Below are positions 49,378 to 58,734 of a DNA stretch of 64,000 nt, in pieces. The notes under the pieces were generated by a model that saw nothing but the letters and a program-made list of their open reading frames with translations, ran no database searches and was not told the DNA's origin. How positions within the stretch are numbered: position 1 is the stretch's first letter; each line of letters begins with the position of its first letter. Source of the stretch: Terriglobia bacterium (GTDB lineage: Bacteria; Acidobacteriota; Terriglobia; JAJPHL01; JAPKYU01); contig CBDBKE010000004.1 of NCBI GenBank assembly GCA_965206645.1, positions 576,001-640,000 on the forward strand. The letters are read 5' to 3'. The translations under genes were made by a program, and so were the position numbers.

Positions 49378-50670
49378 TCAGGCCAGCTCCCGCAGCACCT
49401 CTTCGGCTGCGTCCAGACTCCGTTCGATATGTTGTTCGTCGTGGCTGAAGCTGATGTGGTTTCGCTTCAGGTTGAAAGGCAGTTCAAACATGCCGCGCTC
49501 GAGCATCTTTTGACGGTAGGCGACGAAACGCTTTTCGTCATTGCGCAACAGGTCGGTGTAGCTTTCGACCGGACCTTCCAGAAAGTACAGGAGGAAGACG
49601 GAGCCGAAGCCAGCCACCGTAGCCGGCAGGCCGACCCGCCGCGTGATCTCCTCCAAGCCAAGCCGCATCTTCTCCCCCAAGCGGAAGATGTGCTCATGAA
49701 CCCTCCGAGTTTCAAGTGTTTCAATGGTCGCCAGCGCCGCCGCGCACCCAAACGGATGGCCATTGTAGGTACCGGCAAAGTACACATCGCCGTCCGGATG
49801 AGTACTGAACCTGTCCATCCATTCACGCTTCCCGGCCACGGCCGCAATGGGATAGCCGTTGGCGATGGCTTTCCCTAGCGTCGTCAGGTCCGGTGTAACG
49901 CCGCAGATTTTCTGGTAGCCACCGAGACTATGGCGGAACCCGGTGATGACTTCATCAAAGATCAAGAGGATGCCCTCGCGCCGGGTGATCTCTCGCAGAC
50001 CCTGAAGGAATCCGGGCTTCGGCAGCACGCAGCCAATGTTGTGAGGAATCGGCTCCAGAATGATCGCGGCGATTTGCCTGCTGTTCTCCTTGACAGCTTT
50101 CTCGACACCATCCAGATCGTTGAAGTCGCAAACCAAGGTATTGGCGATGACCTCGGGTAGGGTCCCGGCAGAAAGCGGATCCTTCTTCCCCAGCCTGCCG
50201 GGCTGGCTAATCACGTTCATGGCCACGCTGTCGTGCCAACCGTGATAACAGCCCTGGAACTTGATGATCTTCTTTCGCCCGGTCACCGCCCTGGCCAGCC
50301 GGATCGCGTGGTAGGTAGCCTCGGCACCGCTGTTGCACAGAAGGACCTTCTCAGCGGCGGGAACATGCTGGCAGATCTTGTGAGCCAACTCGATCTCCAA
50401 CTCGGTCAGACCCGTTCCCAGAAGATCGATCTGTTGCATCGCCTCGGCCACCCGGCAGTTCACTGCCTCAAAGTTGTGACCGAGAATGATTGGCCCGAAG
50501 GCGCCGTGATAATCAATGTAGCGATTTCCATCCGCGTCCTGAAGAACCGCCCCGTGCGCCTCCGTGAAGACGAGCGGTGGCTCGATCCTCCGGATGGAAG
50601 TATTTACGCCGCCGGGGATGACCTCGAGCGCGTCTCGAAATAGCTGGCTGCTTCGATGGTGGGTCGTCAT
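49378..50670 (-). CDS. Class III PLP aminotransferase, glutamate-1-semialdehyde aminomutase-like
   Basis: IPGGVN, GCYHGWHD, FDEVITGFR, LGKAIANG and AGTYNG motifs; diverges from the HemL consensus (no NSPVRAF). Confidence 0.85.
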   Translation of the reverse strand: MTTHHRSSQLFRDALEVIPGGVNTSIRRIEPPLVFTEAHGAVLQDADGNRYIDYHGAFGPIILGHNFEAVNCRVAEAMQQIDLLGTGLTELEIELAHKICQHVPAAEKVLLCNSGAEATYHAIRLARAVTGRKKIIKFQGCYHGWHDSVAMNVISQPGRLGKKDPLSAGTLPEVIANTLVCDFNDLDGVEKAVKENSRQIAAIILEPIPHNIGCVLPKPGFLQGLREITRREGILLIFDEVITGFRHSLGGYQKICGVTPDLTTLGKAIANGYPIAAVAGKREWMDRFSTHPDGDVYFAGTYNGHPFGCAAALATIETLETRRVHEHIFRLGEKMRLGLEEITRRVGLPATVAGFGSVFLLYFLEGPVESYTDLLRNDEKRFVAYRQKMLERGMFELPFNLKRNHISFSHDEQHIERSLDAAEEVLRELA

Positions 50671-50819
50671 CTTCGCTCTGCGCCCCTTCCCTACCTCATG
50701 GGATCGAAAACCCTCGGATACCTTAAAAATCCTCGCCTGAAGGGCGGACTAGTACTGAACAAAAAGCAGCAGTACTCCATTTCCTGTTCGGCCACAACCA
50801 GGCAGGCACGGTGCTGCTG

Positions 50820-51563
50820 CTACTCGGCGGCGCTCATGACCCACAGCAAACCGTTCAGCAGGTGGGTCCGGAAAAGCTCGTCAGCCCAGACCCCCGGGTG
50901 GTGCCCCAGCGAGGAGTAAAAGACCCGCCCTTTGCCATATGTGCGCGTCCAAGTCACGCCGAAGTCTTTGTCGGCGCGGCGGATGTCCTTGTTGTTTAAA
51001 CTCACCGAATCTGTGTCCAAGCTGAGCAGCACGTGCACCTTGTCGCGTGACCAGTTTCGGAACTGGTAGATCTCGTCGTTGAGGGTGAAGCCCTCGCCCA
51101 GGTGCCGGGTGGCCGGGTGGTTGCGGTCCTCCACCTTTATGCGCACTTCCTGGAACCAGGGATGCCCGTCGAGATAGCCGCCGATCAGCTCCCCGTACGC
51201 TGGCCACCGGTAGAAGGTGTCGGTAGCGCTGTGGACACCCGCAAGTCCTTTGCCCCCGTGGACAAAATCCAGCAGCGCTTGTTTCCGCTCCTCGGAAATG
51301 GGTAGCTCTCCGCTCGTAAAGAACAACATCGCGTCATAGTTGTTCAAGTTCTCTGCGGTGAGTACGCTGCAGTCATCGGTGGCCGTGGTCTGGAAGGCGC
51401 CACTTTCCTCTCCGATTTGTTTCACGATCGGTCCGGCCATGACCGCGCTGTCGTGCTGGTAGGTTTGGTTTAGATCCCCATCACCACCGGCTGCCGCATG
51501 ATACAGGTAGAGCACTCGACGCTTGGAACCGCCTGAAGTCATCACAGCCGCCCCCCTTACCAC
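50820..51563 (-). CDS. ThuA-like domain protein
   Basis: FFTSGEL, GKGLAGVHSATDT, GHPW, DEIYQF and GRVFYSSLGH motifs; start uncertain (51563-51542). Confidence 0.85.
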   Translation of the reverse strand: MVRGAAVMTSGGSKRRVLYLYHAAAGGDGDLNQTYQHDSAVMAGPIVKQIGEESGAFQTTATDDCSVLTAENLNNYDAMLFFTSGELPISEERKQALLDFVHGGKGLAGVHSATDTFYRWPAYGELIGGYLDGHPWFQEVRIKVEDRNHPATRHLGEGFTLNDEIYQFRNWSRDKVHVLLSLDTDSVSLNNKDIRRADKDFGVTWTRTYGKGRVFYSSLGHHPGVWADELFRTHLLNGLLWVMSAAE

Positions 51564-51615
51564 TACCCTCTTCCTACCAAGTGCTGCTGGCCAGGTGCTG
51601 CCGGGTAAATACGAA

Positions 51616-51744
51616 CTATTTGCGAGTGTTAGCCTCTATCTGATCCAGCACCTTAAGGATCCGATTGGATTTGCGTATGATCACCGTCGGAAAGTAAATC
51701 GTGACAGCCGTAATGAGCAGCAGACACACGATAAGCCATTCCAT
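51616..51744 (-). CDS. 42-aa single-TM small protein (below the ORF-track cutoff)
   Basis: AGGAGG SD then MEWLIVCLLLITAVTIYFPTVIIRKSNRILKVLDQIEANTRK*. Confidence 0.65.
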   Translation of the reverse strand: MEWLIVCLLLITAVTIYFPTVIIRKSNRILKVLDQIEANTRK

Positions 51745-52032
51745 TGAAACCTCCTTTTGTGCGACTAGTTTTTGTGCCTAGTGTTAAATAAGGCCAATGG
51801 ACATTCCACTCATAGAATCGCGCGCGCCGTGCCGAAGCCAAGGCTGATGGCGCCGAATCCACTCCAACTATGATCTGCCGACGCCAACTCAATCAGGACG
51901 GGATTGTAAGACATCCTGCGTCAACACATCAAGTCGGCGGCCAGAACCCTAGGCATTCCTCGAGTCAACTGGCTGGTGCTGCGGCGAGCAACAGTTCGGA
52001 ACCTCTTCGGGCTCGCAAGTGATTGAAAGCAA

Positions 52033-52108
52033 TGGTGGACGTGAGGGGATTCGAACCCCTGACCTCAGCGTTGCGAACGCCGCGCTCTCCCAGCTGAGCT
52101 ACACGCCC
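52033..52108 (-). tRNA. tRNA-Ala (anticodon CGC), CCA encoded
   Basis: GGGCGTG..CACGTCCACCA acceptor stem with G3:U70; TAGCTCAGCTGGGAGAGC D arm; TT-CGC-AA loop; GGTTCGAATCC T arm. Confidence 0.97.
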
Positions 52109-52125
52109 GATCTGGCCCGGGCAGC

Positions 52126-52134
52126 AGTATAGCA
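52126..52134 (-). promoter_or_regulatory. Extended -10 box (TGcTATACT) upstream of tRNA-Ala
   Basis: Plus strand reads agtatagca about 17 nt before the tRNA 5' end. Confidence 0.55.
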
Positions 52135-52220
52135 TGCGCAGCCTGTACTTCCCCTCGGCGCCGTCCACCGGCACTAAACAGGAAGCCGCACCGCTCCAGC
52201 CGATTTCTCTGGCGATCTTT

Positions 52221-52553
52221 TTACGTATTGAGGTGCTGGCTAAGCGTTTTTTCCAGCACCGACTTGGACTGGGTGCCTACCAGTTGCTCACGAATTTCGC
52301 CATCCTTGAACAGCAACAAGGTGGGGATGCCCTGAATTCTGTAACGCGAAGCCGTGGCCACGTTCTCGTCCACGTTGAGCTTGGCGACCTTGACTTTACC
52401 CACGTACTCGTTGGCCACGGCCTCCACCGTGGGCGCCAGGACGCGGCAGGGTCCACACCATTCGGCCCAGAAATCCACCAGGACCGGGATCTTGGCTTGC
52501 AATACTTCGGTCTCAAAATTCTGATCCGTTAGTTCTACTACGTTAGGCGCCAT
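52221..52553 (-). CDS. trxA: Thioredoxin
   Basis: VDFWAEWCGPC and GIPTL motifs. Confidence 0.97.
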   Translation of the reverse strand: MAPNVVELTDQNFETEVLQAKIPVLVDFWAEWCGPCRVLAPTVEAVANEYVGKVKVAKLNVDENVATASRYRIQGIPTLLLFKDGEIREQLVGTQSKSVLEKTLSQHLNT

Positions 52554-52621
52554 TTCTCCTCCGAACTATTAGATGACCGGCACCGGGAAAAAGTCGCGCC
52601 GGTTTTGCCGATAGGGGAAGT

Positions 52622-54085
52622 TCAGCCAGCAGCCGCCCGCCCGGTGCGGACAACCTTCTCGTAGACGGCGACATACTCTCTAGCCGAAACGTCCCAGGAA
52701 AAGTCCTTGGTCATGCCATTCCGCATGAGACGGTGCCAGGCGGCCCGGTTCTGGTAGACTCGAAGTGCCCGCCGCACCGTTTCTAGCAGGGCCTGCCCTG
52801 AGTATAAGCGAAATTTGAAGCCCGTGCCGGTGCGTGCACGAGAGTGATAGGGCTCGATGGTGTCGTCCAGGCCGCCGGTGGCACGTACGATGGGCACGGT
52901 CCCGTACTTGAGACTGTAAATCTGGCTCAGGCCGCAGGGCTCGTAGCGGGAAGGCATCAGGAACATGTCCGCGCCCGCTTCAATTTTGTGGGCCAGAACG
53001 TTGTCGTAGGCAATCCGGACGGCGATCTTGCGCGGGTACTGCCGGGCCAGGCGACGAAAGAGGGTCTCGTATGGCTTGTCGCCGGCTCCCAGAACGACCA
53101 GATAGAAGTCCTCCGGGGCGAGAGCCGCGGCTGCCTCGGCAACAAGATCGGCCCCTTTCTGTGCTGTAAAGCGCGATACGATTCCAATCAGCGGACGATC
53201 CAGGTTCTTCGAGGGCAACCGGAATTCTTTCAGCAGGTCTTTCTTGCAAATGCGCTTCCCGCTGAGGTCTTCTGGAGTATAGCTGGCGGCAATGTAGGGG
53301 TCGGTGGCAGGATTCCAGGTCGTGTAGTCCACGCCATTCAGGATACCTGCCAGCGCCGCCGACCGGAGCCGGAGAACGCTGTGCAGGCCAAAGCCGTAGT
53401 CGGGGGTCTGAATCTCGGCGGCGTAGGCTTTGCTGACCGTGTTCACGAAGTCGGCGTAGAGCAAAGCTCCCTTGAGGAAGTTCATCTTGCCGAAAAACTC
53501 CAAGCCATCAGTGGTGAACAGGTCCCGGCCCAGGCCGATCCGCTCCAGCGCCTCGGCAGGAAACATCCCCTGATAGCCCAGGTTATGAAGGGTAAACAGG
53601 GTGGCGGCATTTTTCAACGCCGGATCCTCGGCGTAGGCCGTTTTCAGCAACACTGGAACCAAGCCTGTCTGCCAGTCGTGGCAATGCACCATATCGGTCG
53701 GGAACAGCAACTTGGCCGTTTCCAGTACGGCGCGAGAAAACAGCGCGAAGCGCTCGGCGTTGTCCGGGTAGTCGCCGGCTTCCGAGGTGCCATAAAGGGC
53801 CGATCGGTCAAAGTACGGTGGGTAGTCAATGAAGAATGTGCGGAGACCGTCCTTCGGGGGACACGCCAGCACTGCGGGGAAGTGAAGCTTCCGCCCCAAC
53901 GGGATTGTCAGGCTAGGCAACACGGGGCGCAGCGTGTCCAGCGGTGTCGTACGGTAGCGGGGCAGAACCACCGCCACCTCGTGACCCAATCGGGCAATAG
54001 CCTGGGGTAAAGCCCCCATCACATCGGCCAATCCACCTGTTTTGGAAAACGGCACCCCCTCCGACGCCGCCATCAGGATGCGCAT
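52622..54085 (-). CDS. glgA: Glycogen synthase
   Basis: KTGGLADV, HCHDWQ, HNLGYQG, PSRYEPCGL and ATGGL motifs. Confidence 0.96.
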   Translation of the reverse strand: MRILMAASEGVPFSKTGGLADVMGALPQAIARLGHEVAVVLPRYRTTPLDTLRPVLPSLTIPLGRKLHFPAVLACPPKDGLRTFFIDYPPYFDRSALYGTSEAGDYPDNAERFALFSRAVLETAKLLFPTDMVHCHDWQTGLVPVLLKTAYAEDPALKNAATLFTLHNLGYQGMFPAEALERIGLGRDLFTTDGLEFFGKMNFLKGALLYADFVNTVSKAYAAEIQTPDYGFGLHSVLRLRSAALAGILNGVDYTTWNPATDPYIAASYTPEDLSGKRICKKDLLKEFRLPSKNLDRPLIGIVSRFTAQKGADLVAEAAAALAPEDFYLVVLGAGDKPYETLFRRLARQYPRKIAVRIAYDNVLAHKIEAGADMFLMPSRYEPCGLSQIYSLKYGTVPIVRATGGLDDTIEPYHSRARTGTGFKFRLYSGQALLETVRRALRVYQNRAAWHRLMRNGMTKDFSWDVSAREYVAVYEKVVRTGRAAAG

Positions 54086-54190
54086 CTCGTAACGTTCCTA
54101 CTGATCCATACGAACCGGACACTGTACCACAGGTCCGGGGGGCACACTCTCGTGTCTCCGGCTTGACCTAGCCGTGATGAAATAGCAGCC

Positions 54191-54991
54191 ATGGCTCCCA
54201 GGCTCGGGCAGCATTTTCTGATTGACCACCATGTCCGGTGCCGGATCGTAGAGGCGCTACGACTCGAGCCGGAGTTTCTGGTGGTGGAAATCGGCGCAGG
54301 ACGCGGCGTCCTGACCCAGCTTCTGGCCGAGCGTGCCGGGCGGGTGGCCGCTATTGAAGTAGATCCGCACCTGGCAGCCTTCCTGCGAAAAAAGTTTGCC
54401 GGACATCCTCGGATACGCGTAGTGGAGGCCGATATCCTGCAACTGCCGCTGCCCTCCCTCGTAGCCGAGTTGGGCTATGCACGCGCCCACGCAGTGGGCA
54501 ATCTTCCCTACTACATCACCTCCCCTATCCTGATGCGGCTGTTTGAGTTCGCCGACAGGCTGGAGGAAATCGTGGTGATGGTCCAGCGGGAAGTGGCCGA
54601 GCGCCTCACGGCTGTGCCGGGCAGCCGCGACTACGGCTTGCTTTCGGTGACCACCCAATACCATACGCATCCCGAACTGCTGTTTCGCATTCGCCCGGCC
54701 GCCTTTCGTCCGCCACCCAAGGTGGAATCGGCACTGGTGCGCATGACAGTAGCGCGTCGCGACGCGGAACTCGGCGTTGAGGACCGGCAGGGCTTCTTCG
54801 CTTTCGTGCGTGCCTGCTTTCAGCAGAAACGCAAGACACTGCGTAACAACCTGAAGGGCCGTTACTCGCCCCAGCGGATCAGTGATGCCCTGGAAGTCTT
54901 AGGACGCAGTTCAACCACCCGCGCGGAGATGCTAAGTCTGGAGGAATTCGCTACCCTGTGCAAATTGCTGAAGCAACATAGCCGTCGATAA
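54191..54991 (+). CDS. rsmA: 16S rRNA adenine dimethyltransferase
   Basis: LGQHFL, EIGAGRG, GNLPYYIT, QREVAER and FRPPPKVES motifs. Confidence 0.96.
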   Translation: MAPRLGQHFLIDHHVRCRIVEALRLEPEFLVVEIGAGRGVLTQLLAERAGRVAAIEVDPHLAAFLRKKFAGHPRIRVVEADILQLPLPSLVAELGYARAHAVGNLPYYITSPILMRLFEFADRLEEIVVMVQREVAERLTAVPGSRDYGLLSVTTQYHTHPELLFRIRPAAFRPPPKVESALVRMTVARRDAELGVEDRQGFFAFVRACFQQKRKTLRNNLKGRYSPQRISDALEVLGRSSTTRAEMLSLEEFATLCKLLKQHSRR

Positions 54992-54999
54992 GCAAACAA

Positions 55000-55115
55000 T
55001 CCGCAGATTTCGGAGATTCTCCGATAACCAGCCGCCTCCGATGACATTCCAAACAAACCTTAAGGTCCCGGGCTTGGATCATTCCCAATCTGTACCAATC
55101 TGAGAAATCTGCGGA
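55000..55115. repeat. REP-like inverted repeat between convergent rsmA and argJ
   Basis: tccgcagatttcggagatt and aatctgagaaatctgcgga are 17/19 complementary. Confidence 0.75.
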
Positions 55116-55127
55116 ACAGGAAGCGCG

Positions 55128-56324
55128 TTAAGTGCGGTAGCTGGCGTTGATGTGGATGTACTGCTCGGTGAGGTCGCAGGTCCAAAAGCACACACGCGCC
55201 CGGCCCCGCCCCACATTCAAGTGAATCTGCACCTGGCGAGCAGCCCTCAAGGCGGCCTGCAGGGCCGCCTCGTCAAAGGGAGCGGCCTGGCCACGCCGAC
55301 AAACCGTGGTGCCGTTCAGCGAGATGTGGACACGCGCCGGATTGAGCGGCGCCCCGGAAGCGCCAGCGGCGGACAGGATGCGTCCCCAGTTCGGGTCACC
55401 GCCGGCAATCGCTGTCTTGACCAGGGGAGAGTTGGCGACCGCACGGGCGATCATCTCGGCTTCCTTTTCCGTCTGGGCCCCACGCACCTGGACTTGCACC
55501 AGCCGGCGTGCCCCTTCTCCGTCCGCGGCGATCGCTTTCGCCAATTCCCCCATAGTCGCCTCGAGAGCTTCAGCCAGGCGCTGCTCCGCAACCGGTCCGG
55601 CACTACCGTTGGCCAGCACGAACACGGTGTCGTTGGTAGAAGTGTCCCCATCCACCGAAATGCGATTGAAGGTACGCGCCACGGCAGCCCTGGTGAGCCG
55701 CCGTAGTTTTGGCGTCGGTAACGCTGCGTCGGTCAGCACAAACGCCAGCATAGTCGCCATCCGCGGGTGAATCATCCCCGCACCCTTGGCCATTCCCAGC
55801 AGGCGCACCGGGCTGCGTCCTCCCCTCCCTGGAACTTGCCGGAACGCCAGCTTGGGACGCGTATCAGTAGTTAGGATCGCTGACGCAACCTCTGCGAACC
55901 GCTCCGGTGCCAGCTGTTTGACCAGCCGCGGCAGCGCATTCGGAATGCGATCCTCTTCTAGTGGCACGCCGATCACTCCCGTCGAGGCGACCAGCACCTG
56001 TGAGCGGGGAATGCCCAAAAAGTGCGCTGTGGCCATCGCAGAGCGTTCGGCCACCCGGCGCCCGTTGGGCGTGGCGCAATTCGCGTTGCCCGCGTTGGCG
56101 ACGATTGCCCGGGCAATACCGCCGCTGGCGCGCAAGTGCACCCGCGAGAGCACCACTGGAGCCGCCGCTACCAGGTTCGTGGTGAAGACGCCGGCGGCCG
56201 CGGCGGGCCTCTCCGACACGATCAAGGCCACGTCTGCGCCCTCGCCTTTGCGAAGCCCGGCCGTGATGGCCGCGAATCGGAAGCCCTGCGGCACTAGCCC
56301 AATCTGTGACTCTTCAGCTTTCAC
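55128..56324 (-). CDS. argJ: Ornithine acetyltransferase / N-acetylglutamate synthase
   Basis: NAGNANCAT, STGVIG, KGAGMIHPRMATML, DGDTSTND and DPNWGRI motifs. Confidence 0.96.
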   Translation of the reverse strand: MKAEESQIGLVPQGFRFAAITAGLRKGEGADVALIVSERPAAAAGVFTTNLVAAAPVVLSRVHLRASGGIARAIVANAGNANCATPNGRRVAERSAMATAHFLGIPRSQVLVASTGVIGVPLEEDRIPNALPRLVKQLAPERFAEVASAILTTDTRPKLAFRQVPGRGGRSPVRLLGMAKGAGMIHPRMATMLAFVLTDAALPTPKLRRLTRAAVARTFNRISVDGDTSTNDTVFVLANGSAGPVAEQRLAEALEATMGELAKAIAADGEGARRLVQVQVRGAQTEKEAEMIARAVANSPLVKTAIAGGDPNWGRILSAAGASGAPLNPARVHISLNGTTVCRRGQAAPFDEAALQAALRAARQVQIHLNVGRGRARVCFWTCDLTEQYIHINASYRT

Positions 56325-56470
56325 CGTTCGCCCCTGCCCGCAACCTCGGCAGTGTCTGTGACAAACACTCCACCGCTGAGGCGCGCGGAGAATGCGGGAA
56401 AAGGAGCACAGTGTAGCACGCCGGCCCATGCGGCCGGTCCGCATCCTTCGTCTGTGCTAGGATGAAACCC

Positions 56471-58177
56471 ATGGCGGAACGCAAACTACAGGTTATCCCC
56501 CTTGGCGGTCTGGGGGAGTTTGGTATGAACATGATGGCACTGCGCTACGGTGACGACATGATCGTCATTGACGCCGGCCTGATGTTCCCCGACGTCGAAT
56601 TGCTGGGCGTGGACTTGGTGATCCCGGACATCAGCTTCTTGCTGGAAAACCGGCAGCAGGTCCGGGCTCTGATTCTCACCCACTGCCACGAGGACCACGT
56701 CGGAGCAACGCCGTTCTTGCTGGCCGAGATGAATATGCCCGTGTACGGAACGGCATTCACTCTAGCCATGCTCGAGCGTCGGCTGGAAGAGCATGGGCTG
56801 CTCGAGCAGGTCGACCGGCACCAGGTGCGTTCTGGCGAAAGCGTGGAAATCGGACCATTCCAGATCCAGTTCATCCACGTCACTCACAGCACGGTAGATT
56901 GCGTGATGCTGGCGATCCGCACACCGCTCGGTGTGGTCGTGCACAGCGGCGATTTCAAGGTGGATCCCACACCCACTGACAACGAACTGTTTGACTTGCA
57001 CAGCGTGGCCGAGTGGGGCAAGCAGGGCGTGTTGGCGCTGTTCTCCGACTCGACCAACGTGGAGCGGTCCGGGTTCACGCCTTCGGAGCGGGCGGTACGC
57101 GGCGGCCTAGAGGAGATGTTTGCCGATGCCACCGGGCGCATACTGATTTCCTGCTTTTCCAGTTCGGTGCACAGGCTCCAACTGGTGGTGGACCTGGCTT
57201 CCCAGTATGACCGCAAGCTGGCCCTTTTCGGACGCAGCATGATGAACACCTCGGAGATCGCGCACCGCATGGGCTACCTGAAGATCCCCGACGGCCTACT
57301 GCTGCGGCCGGCGGACCTGTCCCAGACCAGCCGCAATCGAGTGGCGGCTTTGATCGCTGGCAGCCAAGGCGAGCCGATGTCGGCGCTGTCGAGGGCTGCA
57401 GTGAACAATCACCGGCACGCGGTTATTGAGGCTGGCGATTCTGTGGTGCTGTCCGCGCGCATCATCCCTGGCAACGAGAAGGCCATCTTTCGCATGATGG
57501 ACCACCTGTTCCGGCGCGGCGCCCATGTGGTCTACGAGGATGTCTCCTCGCGCCCGGTGCACGTTTCCGGGCACGGCAGCCAGGAGGAGCTGAAGCTGAT
57601 GCTAAATCTGGTGAAGCCGCGCTTCTTCATCCCCATCCATGGCGAGTACCGGCAGCTGTGCCGGCACGCCGAACTGGCTCAGCAGGTGCGTGGCGTTCCA
57701 GCTCGCCCCGGGGCTTCCGAGTCGGCGGCCGGAGGGCTGCAGGAGACTTTTGTGATCGAGAGCGGCGATGTTCTGGAGTTCGACGAGCGCGGTGCTCGCA
57801 AGGCGGGTCGGGTCACGGTAGGCCGGCATTGCATTGACTCCGGCTCAGTGGACGAGGTGGTGGAGGAGGTGGTGATCCGCGACCGCCGGCACCTTTCCGA
57901 GCAGGGCATCGTGCTGCCTATCCTGGCCATTGACAAGCACACCGGGAAGGTAGAAACACCCCCGGAGATTGTCACCCGCGGCTTCGCCATCGGCGAGCCA
58001 GATGGCTTCCTGGAGCCAGCGCGGCAGATCGTGCTGCGCACCTTGGAGAGTTCCAGCAACGAAGAGAAAGCCGACTACGGCGTTATCAAGGAGAAGATTC
58101 GCAGCGACCTGAAGCGGTTTATCCACAAGCAAACGGCCCGCCGCCCCCTCATCCTGCCCGTCATTCTAGAAGTATAA
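56471..58177 (+). CDS. rnj: Ribonuclease J
   Basis: PLGGLGEFGMN, THCHEDH, GDFK, GSQGEP, HVSGH and PIHGE motifs. Confidence 0.96.
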   Translation: MAERKLQVIPLGGLGEFGMNMMALRYGDDMIVIDAGLMFPDVELLGVDLVIPDISFLLENRQQVRALILTHCHEDHVGATPFLLAEMNMPVYGTAFTLAMLERRLEEHGLLEQVDRHQVRSGESVEIGPFQIQFIHVTHSTVDCVMLAIRTPLGVVVHSGDFKVDPTPTDNELFDLHSVAEWGKQGVLALFSDSTNVERSGFTPSERAVRGGLEEMFADATGRILISCFSSSVHRLQLVVDLASQYDRKLALFGRSMMNTSEIAHRMGYLKIPDGLLLRPADLSQTSRNRVAALIAGSQGEPMSALSRAAVNNHRHAVIEAGDSVVLSARIIPGNEKAIFRMMDHLFRRGAHVVYEDVSSRPVHVSGHGSQEELKLMLNLVKPRFFIPIHGEYRQLCRHAELAQQVRGVPARPGASESAAGGLQETFVIESGDVLEFDERGARKAGRVTVGRHCIDSGSVDEVVEEVVIRDRRHLSEQGIVLPILAIDKHTGKVETPPEIVTRGFAIGEPDGFLEPARQIVLRTLESSSNEEKADYGVIKEKIRSDLKRFIHKQTARRPLILPVILEV

Positions 58178-58340
58178 GTAGGGCTAGAGCTGTAAGTGAC
58201 GCGCTGCTTCGCGCAGGGCAGATCTCTGCTCCCGCAGGGGGTGTCGCTACATAGCCTGTAGTCGAGTTCAAACCCAGGCCGAGGAGAGGTCCCACGCATC
58301 ATTGGGGAAGCAGGGGGAAGCAAGCGGGGAAGCAGGCGGC

Positions 58341-58685
58341 TTAAGAAAAGCTGTGAATCCCCGCAGTTTCGTCGTCGTGAACTTCAAACACCGTATACAG
58401 CTTAGTGATCTGCAAGAGTTCATGCACCTCCTTGGTGAGATGCAGCAGTTTGAGCTGCCCACCCTGGTTGGTGACCGTAGCGAAGCAGCTCACGAGCTCG
58501 CCAGTCCCCGAGCTGTCGATGTAGCTGACATCAGACAGGTTCAGCAGGATTTTCCTTTCCCCGCTGTTGAACAGATCGCGGACTGTCTCGCGCAGAGTGG
58601 ACGAACCTTCGCCTAAAGTAATTCGACCGTTGATGTCCACCACCGTGACTCCGTTCACCTGGCGTGTAGTGACTTTGATTGACAT
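58341..58685 (-). CDS. STAS anti-sigma factor antagonist
   Basis: GRITLGEGS, YIDSSG and LLQITKLYTVF motifs. Confidence 0.92.
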   Translation of the reverse strand: MSIKVTTRQVNGVTVVDINGRITLGEGSSTLRETVRDLFNSGERKILLNLSDVSYIDSSGTGELVSCFATVTNQGGQLKLLHLTKEVHELLQITKLYTVFEVHDDETAGIHSFS

Positions 58686-58734
58686 CGCTAATCCTTCTCG
58701 CTTCCTTCTTTCTTAAGTCCCGTTCAAGAGTTAC

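Noticed and set aside
58303-58337. ggggaagca micro-repeats between rnj and STAS
   Set aside because: They are short, low-complexity repeats with no supportable function.
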